64,000 bases of DNA, from positions 7,741 to 71,740 of the IMG/VR virus record IMGVR_UViG_3300010399_000038; one strand, given 5' to 3'. This DNA comes from a virus. Of the stretch, positions 1 through 9,951 are shown in pieces. The position numbers were made by a program, and so were the translations under genes. How positions within the stretch are numbered: position 1 is the first letter of the stretch; the number at the start of each line of letters is the position of its first letter. Below the pieces are notes generated by a model. That model was not told the origin of the DNA. It did no database searches and saw nothing but the letters and a program-made list of their open reading frames with translations.

Positions 1-403
1 ATTGGGCGTCTTTCCATTTTGTTTTCCATCCGTTCCTTGCAGGATCAAGATCAACAGGCAGACCCCATGCGTGGCGGCTCAGACATGAATAAGCAGTTTT
101 ACTATCCCCCGCTTTAATCGCTTTGGCATATTTAGCCTCCATACCTCTTTTTGGCCTCATATTTACACACCCACCGAATAAATCTATGCCCAGCCTTTGA
201 AGTTCTGGCAACCCGTAGTGGGAAAGTAGGTCATTGAAAACGGCCGTTAAATTAGGCGCTATTAGCTTGTGGCAGCTTATTTTTGAAACTATTTTTGATA
301 AGTCCCATGCAATGCGCATAGGATAGGGCAATTGAATTACCGTTAAATTATCGGGATCGCCCGGTTCGCCATATTTTGCTATTATTTGTTGGTCTGTTAG
401 CAT
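1..403 (-). CDS. Endolysin, M15-family Zn peptidase (C-terminus runs off the window)
   Basis: Not in the ORF track. Manual translation from ATG 403: MLTDQQIIAKYGEPGD...LPYPMRIAWD...GIDLFGGCVNMR...SRHAWGLPVDLDP. The SxHxWGxxxD Zn motif is typical of M15 peptidases. Lies at the end of the lysis cassette. Confidence 0.85.
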   Translation of the reverse strand, partial: MLTDQQIIAKYGEPGDPDNLTVIQLPYPMRIAWDLSKIVSKISCHKLIAPNLTAVFNDLLSHYGLPELQRLGIDLFGGCVNMRPKRGMEAKYAKAIKAGDSKTAYSCLSRHAWGLPVDLDPARNGWKTKWKDAQ

Positions 404-406
404 AAA

Positions 407-1240
407 TTATTTTCTAAGTGTTGCAAAAATTACTGCTGTGTCATTTTGAATTACTGTACAACCTAAAGAATTTGCACCGATCCCCCAAACAGGATTAGGG
501 TCTTGATAACTTGCTCCCATAATTAAATTAGCCCACAAGTAATCAGAATATTTATAACAACTTCCGTCTACATTATATCTCCAATCGGATTGATGACGAC
601 AACCGAGGGTATGTCCAGCCTCATGACCGCAAGCGTCGGAAATGTTTTTAGGATTAAAATTAAGCCCTGCACTATTTACAAAAGCAGGACTGTTATCAAA
701 CCAACCAAATGAATTGAGATAAGCAACGCCACCCTGATTTTGAAAACCATCGGGCATTGTTGTGGTGATAACTATTCTCCTTCTTTTGTTGACGGGGTAG
801 GAATTAAAAACATTTTCATCTCGTGTAATAAGAATATAAGGATTAAAAACGGCATAATAATTTACAACTCTATCAAAAACCGTTTGCTCTCCTGTTGAAT
901 TTAATCCTGATGGCGCACATAAGAAATCTCCCCTCACATTCCACATCGTTCCTGAAACATTATGACCATTAAAGTCCAAAAAGAAACAACCGTTTACAGG
1001 AGTTACAACTACAGGCGGCTCTCCCGGCGTGGGCTTAGGCGGTCTTGGTTTACGCCTTGTGTTCTCAGCTATTGAATATTCGTCCATCTGTTTATTTTCC
1101 AACACAGAATCGCCCAAGTGTTTTTTCGTTGTGTCGCCTGTTACGGGTGGCACAGGAGTTGTTGGGTTCTTTGCCTTTGGATTACACCCAAATAAAATAG
1201 ATATGAATGAGATGGTAATTATACTTTTTAAAGCCCACAT
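407..1240 (-). CDS. Lipoprotein zinc metalloprotease (metzincin)
   Basis: Lipobox-like ILFGC, Pro-rich linker, HEAGHTLGCRH (HExxHxxGxxH) and a downstream LIMG Met-turn. Confidence 0.8.
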   Translation of the reverse strand: MWALKSIITISFISILFGCNPKAKNPTTPVPPVTGDTTKKHLGDSVLENKQMDEYSIAENTRRKPRPPKPTPGEPPVVVTPVNGCFFLDFNGHNVSGTMWNVRGDFLCAPSGLNSTGEQTVFDRVVNYYAVFNPYILITRDENVFNSYPVNKRRRIVITTTMPDGFQNQGGVAYLNSFGWFDNSPAFVNSAGLNFNPKNISDACGHEAGHTLGCRHQSDWRYNVDGSCYKYSDYLWANLIMGASYQDPNPVWGIGANSLGCTVIQNDTAVIFATLRK

Positions 1241-1319
1241 AACTTTTATTTTGATTGTTGAAAAACTTTAGTACCTTAACACTTGGATAAGATTTCAATA
1301 AATAAACGCTATTTCTCCG

Positions 1320-1345
1320 AGCCTTGTTTCTACAAGGCTTTTTAT
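1320..1345 (+). terminator. Hairpin plus U-tract (intrinsic terminator, + orientation)
   Basis: agccttgt-ttc-tacaaggct followed by tttt. Confidence 0.6.
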
Positions 1346-1346
1346 T

Positions 1347-1634
1347 TTAATCTCCGGGTGTTCCTGCATCAAGATTAGGCAATGTTATTCCGCTCGCTGC
1401 TGCCGATCCTTCCATTGCTTCTTTTAAGCCATCTACAATAACATCATCGGCTTTTGTTTTTGTTTTATCGGTAATATCTTCTAACTGTACGTCAATAACC
1501 GGGTAAAGACTTACTAATACAGTTCTATACGCTTTTTCGTCTTTTGCTTTTAAGGCGGTAAGGGCTGCTAATAGGCGTATTTTGATTAAATCTTGTAACG
1601 CCTTACTGAACAAGTTTACAAAAAATTCCAACAT
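1347..1634 (-). CDS. Hypothetical protein in lysis region
   Basis: 95-aa ORF, co-directional, with an AT-rich leader. Confidence 0.7.
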   Translation of the reverse strand: MLEFFVNLFSKALQDLIKIRLLAALTALKAKDEKAYRTVLVSLYPVIDVQLEDITDKTKTKADDVIVDGLKEAMEGSAAASGITLPNLDAGTPGD

Positions 1635-1662
1635 GGTATTTTATATTTAAAATGTGAATAAA

Positions 1663-1884
1663 CTACTTTTCGTTGAGATACTTATTTACGTTATGTTCCT
1701 TTTCTTTTCGCTCTGCTTTTCTGTATCTGTAGTCCTCCATTTCTTTTGCACATTTTATAGCTGCATACAACAAACCAATAACTCCAAGTAGGGCTGAAAT
1801 AAAATTATTCCAATTGGTTAGGATGCCTATGATATAGGCTGAAAGGCCAGCGACATTGAATATTATTTTCCCGATTTCTCCCAT
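1663..1884 (-). CDS. Small two-TM membrane protein, holin candidate
   Basis: Likely start MGEIGK at 1884. Two hydrophobic segments and a charged C-terminal tail. Confidence 0.55.
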   Translation of the reverse strand: MGEIGKIIFNVAGLSAYIIGILTNWNNFISALLGVIGLLYAAIKCAKEMEDYRYRKAERKEKEHNVNKYLNEK

Positions 1885-2261
1885 CTTATAGTTACGTAGC
1901 CAAGCACTATCATAAACAATACTCCCATGAGGCTTGCCCAATCGTTTGGCTTTATAATGTTTGTTATAACCATGATCAGGTATGCCATTTTCCATACCGC
2001 TACCAATATCATTGCCTTTTGAACCCATTTATATCTATCCGGCACACTTAATGCCAGAAATGCTAATAGCACAAAAATCCGCTCATTCATCCAATAAACC
2101 TTATCGTACAATTCTCTATCAACTCCAAACAACATCTTACTCGTATAGGCGCATACATTCCATACGATATAAATATTTACAACCCATACCCATCTCTTAC
2201 TCTCCTTTTTTTGGAGCGGGAGGTGGGGCGTGTGATGGGACTTCGATACTTGTTTCTTCAT
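1863..2261 (-). CDS. Multi-TM membrane protein (start uncertain)
   Basis: Several hydrophobic helices; lies in the lysis cassette. Confidence 0.5.
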   Translation of the reverse strand: MKKQVSKSHHTPHLPLQKKESKRWVWVVNIYIVWNVCAYTSKMLFGVDRELYDKVYWMNERIFVLLAFLALSVPDRYKWVQKAMILVAVWKMAYLIMVITNIIKPNDWASLMGVLFMIVLGYVTIRWEKSGK

Positions 2262-2373
2262 CGGCTGCTAATTTAACATCATCGGGGTCGCCATCATAAG
2301 AAAATTTAATTGAGAACGTCCCATCTGGGTTTTCGTTAAAATCAATTATCAATACATCAATGTTGTGAGCCAT
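2197..2373 (-). CDS. Small acidic hypothetical protein (58 aa)
   Basis: Below the ORF-track cutoff. Reads MAHNIDVLIIDFNENPDG...PKKGE* and starts 5 nt after the upstream stop. Confidence 0.5.
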   Translation of the reverse strand: MAHNIDVLIIDFNENPDGTFSIKFSYDGDPDDVKLAADEETSIEVPSHAPPPAPKKGE

Positions 2374-2378
2374 TTTTT

Positions 2379-2753
2379 TTATTTTGGTATGTTATCAATA
2401 GTTGGTAAATCTTGCTTGTCTGAAACTTTTGCTTCCGATGTAGCAGTAAACGGTAATTGTTCTGTATCTGTTTTCTTCATAACATCCCCTTCCTCTGTTA
2501 CGGCTATTGCTCTTGATTGAGATGGTAAAAAAGAAGTTGCAAATACCCCCATGAAAAACGTACCTACATCACTACATAGGTTAATGAATTGTTGACTTGG
2601 TTCTACATTGGTATATCTATCCAAAGCCCACGGTAGCTTCCCTGCAAGTGCTAATGATGCTCCAATAATTTTCATTACAAAGAAGAATTTTGGTGACTTT
2701 GAGCCAATTCTATTCCATGCTTCCTTAAAAAAATTCAGTAATTGTCCGTTCAT
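2379..2753 (-). CDS. Holin-like membrane protein
   Basis: Two hydrophobic segments after WNRIGSKSPKFF; position upstream of the endolysin. Confidence 0.55.
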   Translation of the reverse strand: MNGQLLNFFKEAWNRIGSKSPKFFFVMKIIGASLALAGKLPWALDRYTNVEPSQQFINLCSDVGTFFMGVFATSFLPSQSRAIAVTEEGDVMKKTDTEQLPFTATSEAKVSDKQDLPTIDNIPK

Positions 2754-2770
2754 CTTGGTTCGTTTTTATT

Positions 2771-3175
2771 TTACAAATGCAATTTACTCATTATATAAAA
2801 CACAAGGCCGACTATTATCCCCCATATTGCCCCACCTACTATTACTATTACAGCTATCTTGCCTTGTAATTTGCTTTGCCATAACACCATTGGGGTTATA
2901 GTGGTATTGATTAATTCCTGCTGCTTATCTGCTAATGATTTTGCTGCCGCTTCCGTCTTTTCACTTACCGTCTTTAATGAGTTCTCAAAAACTTCTCTTG
3001 GTATATAAGTAGCCTGAATACTTCTTAGCCTTCCTGCTTCTCCATTTAAATCACTTAATCTTCTTTTGTATTCCTTCGCTTGTAACTTTAATGACTGCTC
3101 TCTTAGCTTTTCAATCTTTTTTATAGATGAAAACTTTTCTTCTACATACTTTCTATACCATTTGTGTTTTGACAA
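2771..3175 (-). CDS. Coiled-coil protein with C-terminal TM helix
   Basis: Charged helical body followed by IAVIVIVGGAIWGIIVGLVFYIM. Confidence 0.6.
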   Translation of the reverse strand: MSKHKWYRKYVEEKFSSIKKIEKLREQSLKLQAKEYKRRLSDLNGEAGRLRSIQATYIPREVFENSLKTVSEKTEAAAKSLADKQQELINTTITPMVLWQSKLQGKIAVIVIVGGAIWGIIVGLVFYIMSKLHL

Positions 3176-3186
3176 CTTTCATTGTA

Positions 3187-3588
3187 TTAGCTGAATGGTA
3201 CATCTTCTAACCAGTTTGAATAAATTTCAGAACTAATAGTAGTAGAGTCCCAATTGTTTTCTCCTACTTTGTTTGCGGTGAAATGAACAACTCTTACACT
3301 CCATGTTCCTGCGGGAATATTTTGATTGCCTACACCTGTATTATTTTCCCACAATGTAATATCTGGGATTTTTTCAATCTGGTAGATTTGAACTCCACTA
3401 TTTTTTGTATGAACTGTTCCATCAAATGTTCCCCAAATTATATAGGTAAATACCAATATTTTTTCAGGAGGTAAATCGGGTAGTGCCCACTCTAAAGTAT
3501 TTGGAGCAGGATTAGTTAATGTAATTGTTGCGGCTGCTACTGCTGCGGGGGCAGATGGTTTGCCGCCCTTTTTTGGCTGTACTGACAT
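3187..3588 (-). CDS. Beta-rich hypothetical protein, possibly virion-associated
   Basis: Likely start MSVQPK at 3588; Ig/FN3-like beta composition. Confidence 0.5.
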   Translation of the reverse strand: MSVQPKKGGKPSAPAAVAAATITLTNPAPNTLEWALPDLPPEKILVFTYIIWGTFDGTVHTKNSGVQIYQIEKIPDITLWENNTGVGNQNIPAGTWSVRVVHFTANKVGENNWDSTTISSEIYSNWLEDVPFS

Positions 3589-3649
3589 AGTTTTATTTTT
3601 TTTGTTAGAAGATTTCTTTTGCATAAAATATATTTTTGAGTTATTAAAA

Positions 3650-4114
3650 TCAGTCGTCTTTAATGATGCTCTTTCCGATACTTAATTGTGAATTATAAAA
3701 AGCAAGTGCCTGTGCATCTACCGCCGCAACTCTTGAAACAATACAAGCATCAACTAAGGCTCTTATGTTTGTGAATATTGTCCTTCTCTCTGCATCGGTG
3801 CTTCCCATATTAAAATATTCTGCAAATGTGTTATTGAAAATGTATTGACGGTATATGAATATTATTACTTCACCGGGAACATTGTTGATAGTTACATTAG
3901 TTGCATCGGTGGCGGGATTAGCTGCCAATACCTGCGCCCTAAATGCTCTTATCCTTGCCCTACCTGTGCTATCAAGGCCATCTCCTATTTTTGATACTGC
4001 CCATTTCCAATGTCGGTATTGAAAAGTTAAATTAGCACTTATACCAGTAAGGTCACATTGACCAAAGATGTTTAGTGAAAAGATTATGCAGATTGATAAA
4101 AGTATTTTTTTCAT
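3650..4114 (-). CDS. Hypothetical protein with Sec signal peptide
   Basis: N-terminus MKKILLSICIIFSLNIFG|Q. Confidence 0.7.
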   Translation of the reverse strand: MKKILLSICIIFSLNIFGQCDLTGISANLTFQYRHWKWAVSKIGDGLDSTGRARIRAFRAQVLAANPATDATNVTINNVPGEVIIFIYRQYIFNNTFAEYFNMGSTDAERRTIFTNIRALVDACIVSRVAAVDAQALAFYNSQLSIGKSIIKDD

Positions 4115-4115
4115 T

Positions 4116-4778
4116 TTAATTAACTATTGGGTTAAGAATTATAAAGCTTGAGCCATCATAAATTAGCATACACCACATCAAAGCTAAAATATCCCCCGTT
4201 GCAGTTGCGGTGCTTACTCTTTTATTTATTGTCTTTACTCCAAGTCCATTTACACTTATGGTGCAACCTGTAGTATTAGCGGTGTTTGCCCGAAACAAAA
4301 CTATCATGCCTGTTGTGTACGATGCTGGTATTGGGCTTGCAGTGATAACATAACTATCATTTGCCCCGGCATCTAGTCCTACGTAATAGGTAGACTTATT
4401 ATTTAATGCAGTTTGGGTAGCATTGCTGATTGGTTTATTTGCATCACTTGTGTTGTCTGCGTTTGGTAATCCAACATCTGCTTGAGTAATACTTATGTTT
4501 GCATTTAATGCCTTCCCATTTACTGTTAATGTATTTGGAACAGGTGTAAAACCAAGTGAGTTTTGTTTTGCTGAAAGCCCACTATTTGTTTCATTTCTTA
4601 ATACCTGTGCTGAATCTTTCAATCTTATTGGAGTAACGGAGGTTGATGTTGCAGAATTTCTATAAGTAATAATCCTTGCTGTATCTCCATTTTCTTTAAG
4701 TGCTAAAATAGTATCAGCAACAACTTGCGAATTTGCTATATAAGAAAAAAACAACGTTATTAATAGGAATAATCTCAT
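4116..4778 (-). CDS. Tail-fibre-like protein with signal peptide
   Basis: MRLFLLITLFFSYIANS|Q, then phage fibre motifs TVNGKALNANISITQADVGL and NTSDANKPISNATQTALN, plus YTTGMIVLFRANTANT. Confidence 0.7.
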   Translation of the reverse strand: MRLFLLITLFFSYIANSQVVADTILALKENGDTARIITYRNSATSTSVTPIRLKDSAQVLRNETNSGLSAKQNSLGFTPVPNTLTVNGKALNANISITQADVGLPNADNTSDANKPISNATQTALNNKSTYYVGLDAGANDSYVITASPIPASYTTGMIVLFRANTANTTGCTISVNGLGVKTINKRVSTATATGDILALMWCMLIYDGSSFIILNPIVN

Positions 4779-7700
4779 TTATTTTTTAGTTGACTTATTT
4801 CTTTTTTTAGTAATTCAATTTGCTCTTGCTGTTGTTGAACAGAACGCACCAATAGGGGAATTATATCTTCCTTATTTATTCCTAACTTCCCAGTTGAAGG
4901 CGTTAGAAATACACTCCCCGGTAATACCTGTTGAACTTCTTGTGCAATGAAACCTATTTGTCTTCCTTCTCCATGATTTTTCCAACCATCAATAAATTCA
5001 AACGATACTGGCTTTAACCTCATCAACTCATTCAATCCGTAATCCAATGGCATGATTGAGGTCTTAACTGTCCGGTCGCTCACTGGCGCTGACAAAACAC
5101 CGCTGGCATCTGCTAATACAGCCCTATCACCAGTTCCAGCTAAATTTAAAGCTGTAATAACACCACCATTTGAAATCTCAATTCTTGCGGTGTTGTTTGT
5201 TCTTATGGTAAACTTATGGTTGCTATACGTTCCTACAATGCCGTTGCTGCTCTCTGCTCCAAAAAATACCTCTGTTGAGGCCGGGCCGAGTCCGGTAATG
5301 TATGTTGCTGAACCTGCATTTGTAAATCCAATTTGTGCAACTCCTGCAAAAGAAAAAGCCGCTCCTGCATCACCGCCAACTTGTAATGTTGTTTGGGGGT
5401 TTGCATCTCCCATGCCCACTGAACCAGTAAATAAAGCCGCAATATTAGCTGTTGTTGCTCCTGATGCCGTGAATGTAGCTGCGATATTTGTACCCGATGT
5501 AGCGTTGGTATTTGTAACTCCAAATTCTGCCCCAATAATAGTTTGTGCGTTACTTGCATTTGCTCCGCTTCTTAATATTCTCAATCCTCTGCTATTAGTT
5601 AATTGCGCTGTTCCTGTTACAGCAATATCATGTATAATACCACTTGTTAATGAAGATGAGTTCCATAATTCAAGAGTTCCTGTTGTTAGCGAATTGGCGG
5701 TAGTTGTTTGAAATGTTTCTGTATTAGAACTAACCGTCCATGCGTTTAATTCCCCATCATCAAAGGTTAAACTTTGCGTTCCTGTTGGATTTGTTATTCC
5801 ATTCCATGTTGATGAACCACCCGCTACCGTAGTCCATGAAGTAACACCACTACCATTTGTTGTTAATACTTGGTCTGCATCTCCATCATTGGTTGGAAGG
5901 GTTAATGACCATGTTCCTGCTGCTGCTGCGGGTTGAATAGTTACTGTACCAGATGTGTTACCAGTTAATGCAATTGAACCTTTATTTGTTCCTGCTACGC
6001 CAAGTGTCATTAAACCATTGCCAGCTAGAGACATTAACTGAAAATTAGTGGCACTATTTACACCCCATATACTATATTCAGCAACTCTTGTGGCATTAGC
6101 GGCTGTTGTTAGTTTTGATACTACTTGGTTTGAAAGATAATTAGTACCATTATCAGCTTCATTATAAAAATCTAATGAGCCGCCTATACCATTTGCCGCA
6201 GTTCCGCTTGTAGCTCTAACTAATTCCGCTACTGTAACAACAGAATTAGTGCTTGAATAAGTGGCGTTCATTTGCACCGATGTAACTCCCGTTGATTGCG
6301 TACTAAGTGCGACACCACCATTATCACTATGTATATATGCGCCAATACCAGTAGTTGCTTGCGCCTCCAACCCATAAGTACCGCCGCTTGATTGAGCGAA
6401 TAACGCCGTTCCGTTTGTAGAAGTAAAATATGCCGTTATACTTGATGCACCCGATGTCTCTCCATATACTGCTCTATTCTGTGCATTTGTTCCTGTGTGT
6501 GTATTGGAAAAATAAGCAGCGTAAGATATTTCGTTATTATTTGCATTCGCCCCACTTAGACTTGCGTTTAATAATTTTTGAGTCCCTCCCGTCGCTGCTG
6601 TTGAAGTAGATGTTATTGATATTGCAGGGTCACCAGCTAAAGTATTTGCAGTAAATAAAACAGTATTTGCTCCAAGTGTTAATGTTCTATCTGTTGATAC
6701 TGTTCCACCCCATACTACCGCACCACCTGTTTCATTAAGACCTTCGCTGAATGTATATGTTGTTCCTGCTGATGCTGTTTTTCTAACTATCTGTCCAAAT
6801 GTAGGGGATAATGCAACTGTATCTATTCCTAATGCTACAATACCTGCTCCACTATTGTATGGAATAGTGCCTGCAAAAATTCCACCTGATGCGTCTAATG
6901 TTAATTCATCAGTAGATGTTATATTTATTGCCTTTGTCGTCCCTAATCTTATACCGTTTGTTGCTGCCGTGTTGTCAATTTCTATGAATGAGTTCTCTGC
7001 CCCATCTTCTGAAAATAATTGAATTAATGCTTGGTGATAAACCCTGAATTGTGTGTTTCCTAATTCTAAGGCATTAAGGTCATCGGGAGCAAAAAGGTTT
7101 GTTGAAGCCTGCAATACTGTTAATCTTTGCCCATTTGTTGCTTGGTCATAAACTCCAAACTCTCCTGCTCCTGTTGATAATCTTGGGTAAATATCATAAG
7201 CCCCTTGATCGGTTAATTGAAAACTATTCCCATTACCATCAAATGCTCTTGCTCCTGTACTTGAATTATCCTGTACTCCAAATAATGAATCTGTATTGCT
7301 TCCACCGCCTGCTGCCATTGTAATTATATTCCCTGTTGCATCAAATCCTAATGCTCCAACTGCTGTTCCTGAAAAAGAAGTGGTAAGCAAATATTTACTC
7401 CAATTCCATTGACCTGTTTGAAGAAGTGTGGCTTGAGTTGCGTATGATTGAAGTGTTGTTCCGCTTGAACCCGCTACTGCTGTTTGGAAATTAATTACAC
7501 TCCCTGATGCCGAATTACCTGTTCCAAGTCCTGAACCAATAGTTAATGCGTGACCTGCTTGGTTTGTTCCTGATTCACCGCTTATTCTCCATGATACATC
7601 TGTTGCTTCTGTTCCTGAAACTCCAACACTTCCTAAATAAAAACTATTGACAACATTTGTTCCTTGAGATGAACCTACGACAAATTGATTGGCTGCTGTG

Positions 7701-9379
7701 CTTGCTCCAAAATATCCAAATACGATTGAGTTATTATGTGCAACCGTTACGTTCTGTCCAAACCCTATACTTTGATTTCCTGTTATTGCTCCATCTTTTC
7801 CAAGTAGTATTGATGAAGTAGCTGATGCAGTTGTTCCCCCAATGGAAATATTTGTTGAGCCTCCACTTCTTGAAAAATAACCAAGAGCAATACCACCTGT
7901 TGAACTTGATTCATCCCCGATAGCCGTACCATTGTTTCCTGTTACTGTTGAATAAGCCCCAACTGCTGTTGCGGCAACTCCGTTGGCTATTGCATTTAAT
8001 CCATATCTTTCTGATAGGTAATAAGCATCGGTTGTTGAAGTGATTCCACCTTTAATTGATGCTGCTCCAAGTATTCTATAATTTGCGGGTTGGTCAAGTG
8101 AATATTGATTCCAAATGTAAAGGCCTGAACTTCCACCAAGAGCCTGATTAATTCCTCCTTGCAACTGAATCCAATCAAGTCTAAATGCTTGTGAAGAAAT
8201 AAATGGTGATGCAAGAGGTTTGATAACTACTGAAAAGAAAATTGAATCTGTGAAAACCCAATTCGCCATTGGTATAGCAGCCACAAAATAAGAACCTGTT
8301 GTCGCCTGATCGAATCCGTAGGAATTATTTGAGAATATTACAGAGTTGGTTACTTTTGTTGCTCCACGATAAAAAGAAATATCTAATCCTTGCCCCGTTA
8401 CCCACGCATCGGTTAATCTTATGTAGAATTTAAAAACATCAAACTGACCATTTCGCATAGTGTCAGTTGTTGTCCATGATATTTGAGATGTTGAACCTGT
8501 TGTACCTGAAACTAAATCTGATTTTGTTAAATGGAAAGGAAAGAATAAATTATCTCTATCACTTGTCCATGCTGTTGCTGCCCCGTTCCATTCTGTTGGA
8601 GTTCCTAAATTTTGATCGTAAATAACAGTTTGCGTTATTCCAAGTTGCGTTGCTGTTGTTGCCCCCGCTGGAACTAAAAAAGTAACCAATGAAAGTTGAG
8701 ACGCAGGATTTACCTGTGGTTCTTGGGGATTAGCTGATGGTGTTCCCTGCAAGACTGAAACAGTATTATTTGTATCAACAATTATTCTATCAAATCTTCC
8801 AAAGGTTGCATCCCCATTGGCTAATGTTACTTGTGATAAATCAGTATGAAAAGCCCTACATCCAATAGTATAATCTGCTGCTGTAACATCCATTACTAAA
8901 TTAACTGTTGGATTAGCTGCTGTAACTATACCCCCACTTAATAAATTATTACAACCTCCAAAAGCATTATTTACTGTTACAAATGTGTTGTTGTTGTTAA
9001 ATGGAATGGTATCACAGCTCCCCGACGCATAACATATAATTACAAGACTATCATTATAAAAGCTAAATGAAATAATGTCTCCCGCTCCTGCTCCACCAAC
9101 TCCCACCCATCTTGTCTTAACTTCGTTACGTTTCCAAAACAAACCATCACTTGTAGTTCTAATCATTGCTCCCGGTGTGTATTTTACATAGGGAACTGCA
9201 TTTGCTGCTGTGGTATCAACGAAAGGTGTAGCAACTAATACCGCTTGCAATCCACCATTGACGGGAACTTTTACAAGTGTTGTTTGTGAACCAAGCCCCT
9301 GCGTTATGGGGTAAGTGGTTTGTGATTTTGCAAAAAAAGCAATCGTTAGAAATAATAATATGGATAATATTTTTCTCAT
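4775..9379 (-). CDS. Long tail fibre/spike with YadA-head-like repeats and C-terminal intramolecular chaperone (peptidase S74)
   Basis: G/T/S/A-rich. AxAxG repeats (ATAVGAYS..GTAIGDES..GIALGYFS). C-terminal SDRTVK..LKPVSF..IGFIAQEV and a coiled coil. N-terminal signal peptide. Confidence 0.85.
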   Translation of the reverse strand: MRKILSILLFLTIAFFAKSQTTYPITQGLGSQTTLVKVPVNGGLQAVLVATPFVDTTAANAVPYVKYTPGAMIRTTSDGLFWKRNEVKTRWVGVGGAGAGDIISFSFYNDSLVIICYASGSCDTIPFNNNNTFVTVNNAFGGCNNLLSGGIVTAANPTVNLVMDVTAADYTIGCRAFHTDLSQVTLANGDATFGRFDRIIVDTNNTVSVLQGTPSANPQEPQVNPASQLSLVTFLVPAGATTATQLGITQTVIYDQNLGTPTEWNGAATAWTSDRDNLFFPFHLTKSDLVSGTTGSTSQISWTTTDTMRNGQFDVFKFYIRLTDAWVTGQGLDISFYRGATKVTNSVIFSNNSYGFDQATTGSYFVAAIPMANWVFTDSIFFSVVIKPLASPFISSQAFRLDWIQLQGGINQALGGSSGLYIWNQYSLDQPANYRILGAASIKGGITSTTDAYYLSERYGLNAIANGVAATAVGAYSTVTGNNGTAIGDESSSTGGIALGYFSRSGGSTNISIGGTTASATSSILLGKDGAITGNQSIGFGQNVTVAHNNSIVFGYFGASTAANQFVVGSSQGTNVVNSFYLGSVGVSGTEATDVSWRISGESGTNQAGHALTIGSGLGTGNSASGSVINFQTAVAGSSGTTLQSYATQATLLQTGQWNWSKYLLTTSFSGTAVGALGFDATGNIITMAAGGGSNTDSLFGVQDNSSTGARAFDGNGNSFQLTDQGAYDIYPRLSTGAGEFGVYDQATNGQRLTVLQASTNLFAPDDLNALELGNTQFRVYHQALIQLFSEDGAENSFIEIDNTAATNGIRLGTTKAINITSTDELTLDASGGIFAGTIPYNSGAGIVALGIDTVALSPTFGQIVRKTASAGTTYTFSEGLNETGGAVVWGGTVSTDRTLTLGANTVLFTANTLAGDPAISITSTSTAATGGTQKLLNASLSGANANNNEISYAAYFSNTHTGTNAQNRAVYGETSGASSITAYFTSTNGTALFAQSSGGTYGLEAQATTGIGAYIHSDNGGVALSTQSTGVTSVQMNATYSSTNSVVTVAELVRATSGTAANGIGGSLDFYNEADNGTNYLSNQVVSKLTTAANATRVAEYSIWGVNSATNFQLMSLAGNGLMTLGVAGTNKGSIALTGNTSGTVTIQPAAAAGTWSLTLPTNDGDADQVLTTNGSGVTSWTTVAGGSSTWNGITNPTGTQSLTFDDGELNAWTVSSNTETFQTTTANSLTTGTLELWNSSSLTSGIIHDIAVTGTAQLTNSRGLRILRSGANASNAQTIIGAEFGVTNTNATSGTNIAATFTASGATTANIAALFTGSVGMGDANPQTTLQVGGDAGAAFSFAGVAQIGFTNAGSATYITGLGPASTEVFFGAESSNGIVGTYSNHKFTIRTNNTARIEISNGGVITALNLAGTGDRAVLADASGVLSAPVSDRTVKTSIMPLDYGLNELMRLKPVSFEFIDGWKNHGEGRQIGFIAQEVQQVLPGSVFLTPSTGKLGINKEDIIPLLVRSVQQQQEQIELLKKEISQLKNK

Positions 9380-9951
9380 CGTGTTGGTAATATTCTGAAT
9401 AACTCGGTTAATTGTGCTGCTCCAAATGGTGTTGAATCGGCTAATAGCGTAAACAAGCCCGTCGCTCTATCCCATGAATAGTAAGTACTGAATCCATCCA
9501 AAGGAGCAGTTGTATTTTGAGTGATATTGTTTCTTGTGAACTGTATATTGTAGCCAATAAACTGAGAAAGCGTAACTGATAAATCCCCTTCTTTTAAAGG
9601 CGTACTGTCTGCTGTAATTTCCCAATCTAATGGATAGGGCAAAGTACCTCCTGCTGGTGTTGGTGTAACACTACCGCCGCCATCTCCATCAATTATTTGT
9701 TGTGCTTCTAATTGAAATTTTCCGCATAACCAATAAAGATAATTTGATGTTGAACGAAGGGAAGCATCTGTTTGCGCACCACCGTCATAACCCCATTCCA
9801 AAGCATCGGTAACAAAGGCAATTTGAACAGGTGGCGTTGGCTTAATAACTGTACCACCAAATAATCCTTGCCTACTTATATAGTTGGCAGATAAGTATGT
9901 TGAAACCTTACCTAAGTCAATAATATCCGCTACTGATAAAATGGTTGCCAT
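9376..9951 (-). CDS. Putative virion/tail protein
   Basis: Translationally coupled to the tail fibre gene; no recognised motif. Confidence 0.6.
   Translation of the reverse strand: MATILSVADIIDLGKVSTYLSANYISRQGLFGGTVIKPTPPVQIAFVTDALEWGYDGGAQTDASLRSTSNYLYWLCGKFQLEAQQIIDGDGGGSVTPTPAGGTLPYPLDWEITADSTPLKEGDLSVTLSQFIGYNIQFTRNNITQNTTAPLDGFSTYYSWDRATGLFTLLADSTPFGAAQLTELFRILPTR

Noticed and set aside
5052-5711. Long + strand ORFs opposite the tail fibre and other structural genes
   Set aside because: Antisense shadows of biased-codon genes, with no motifs or expression signals.
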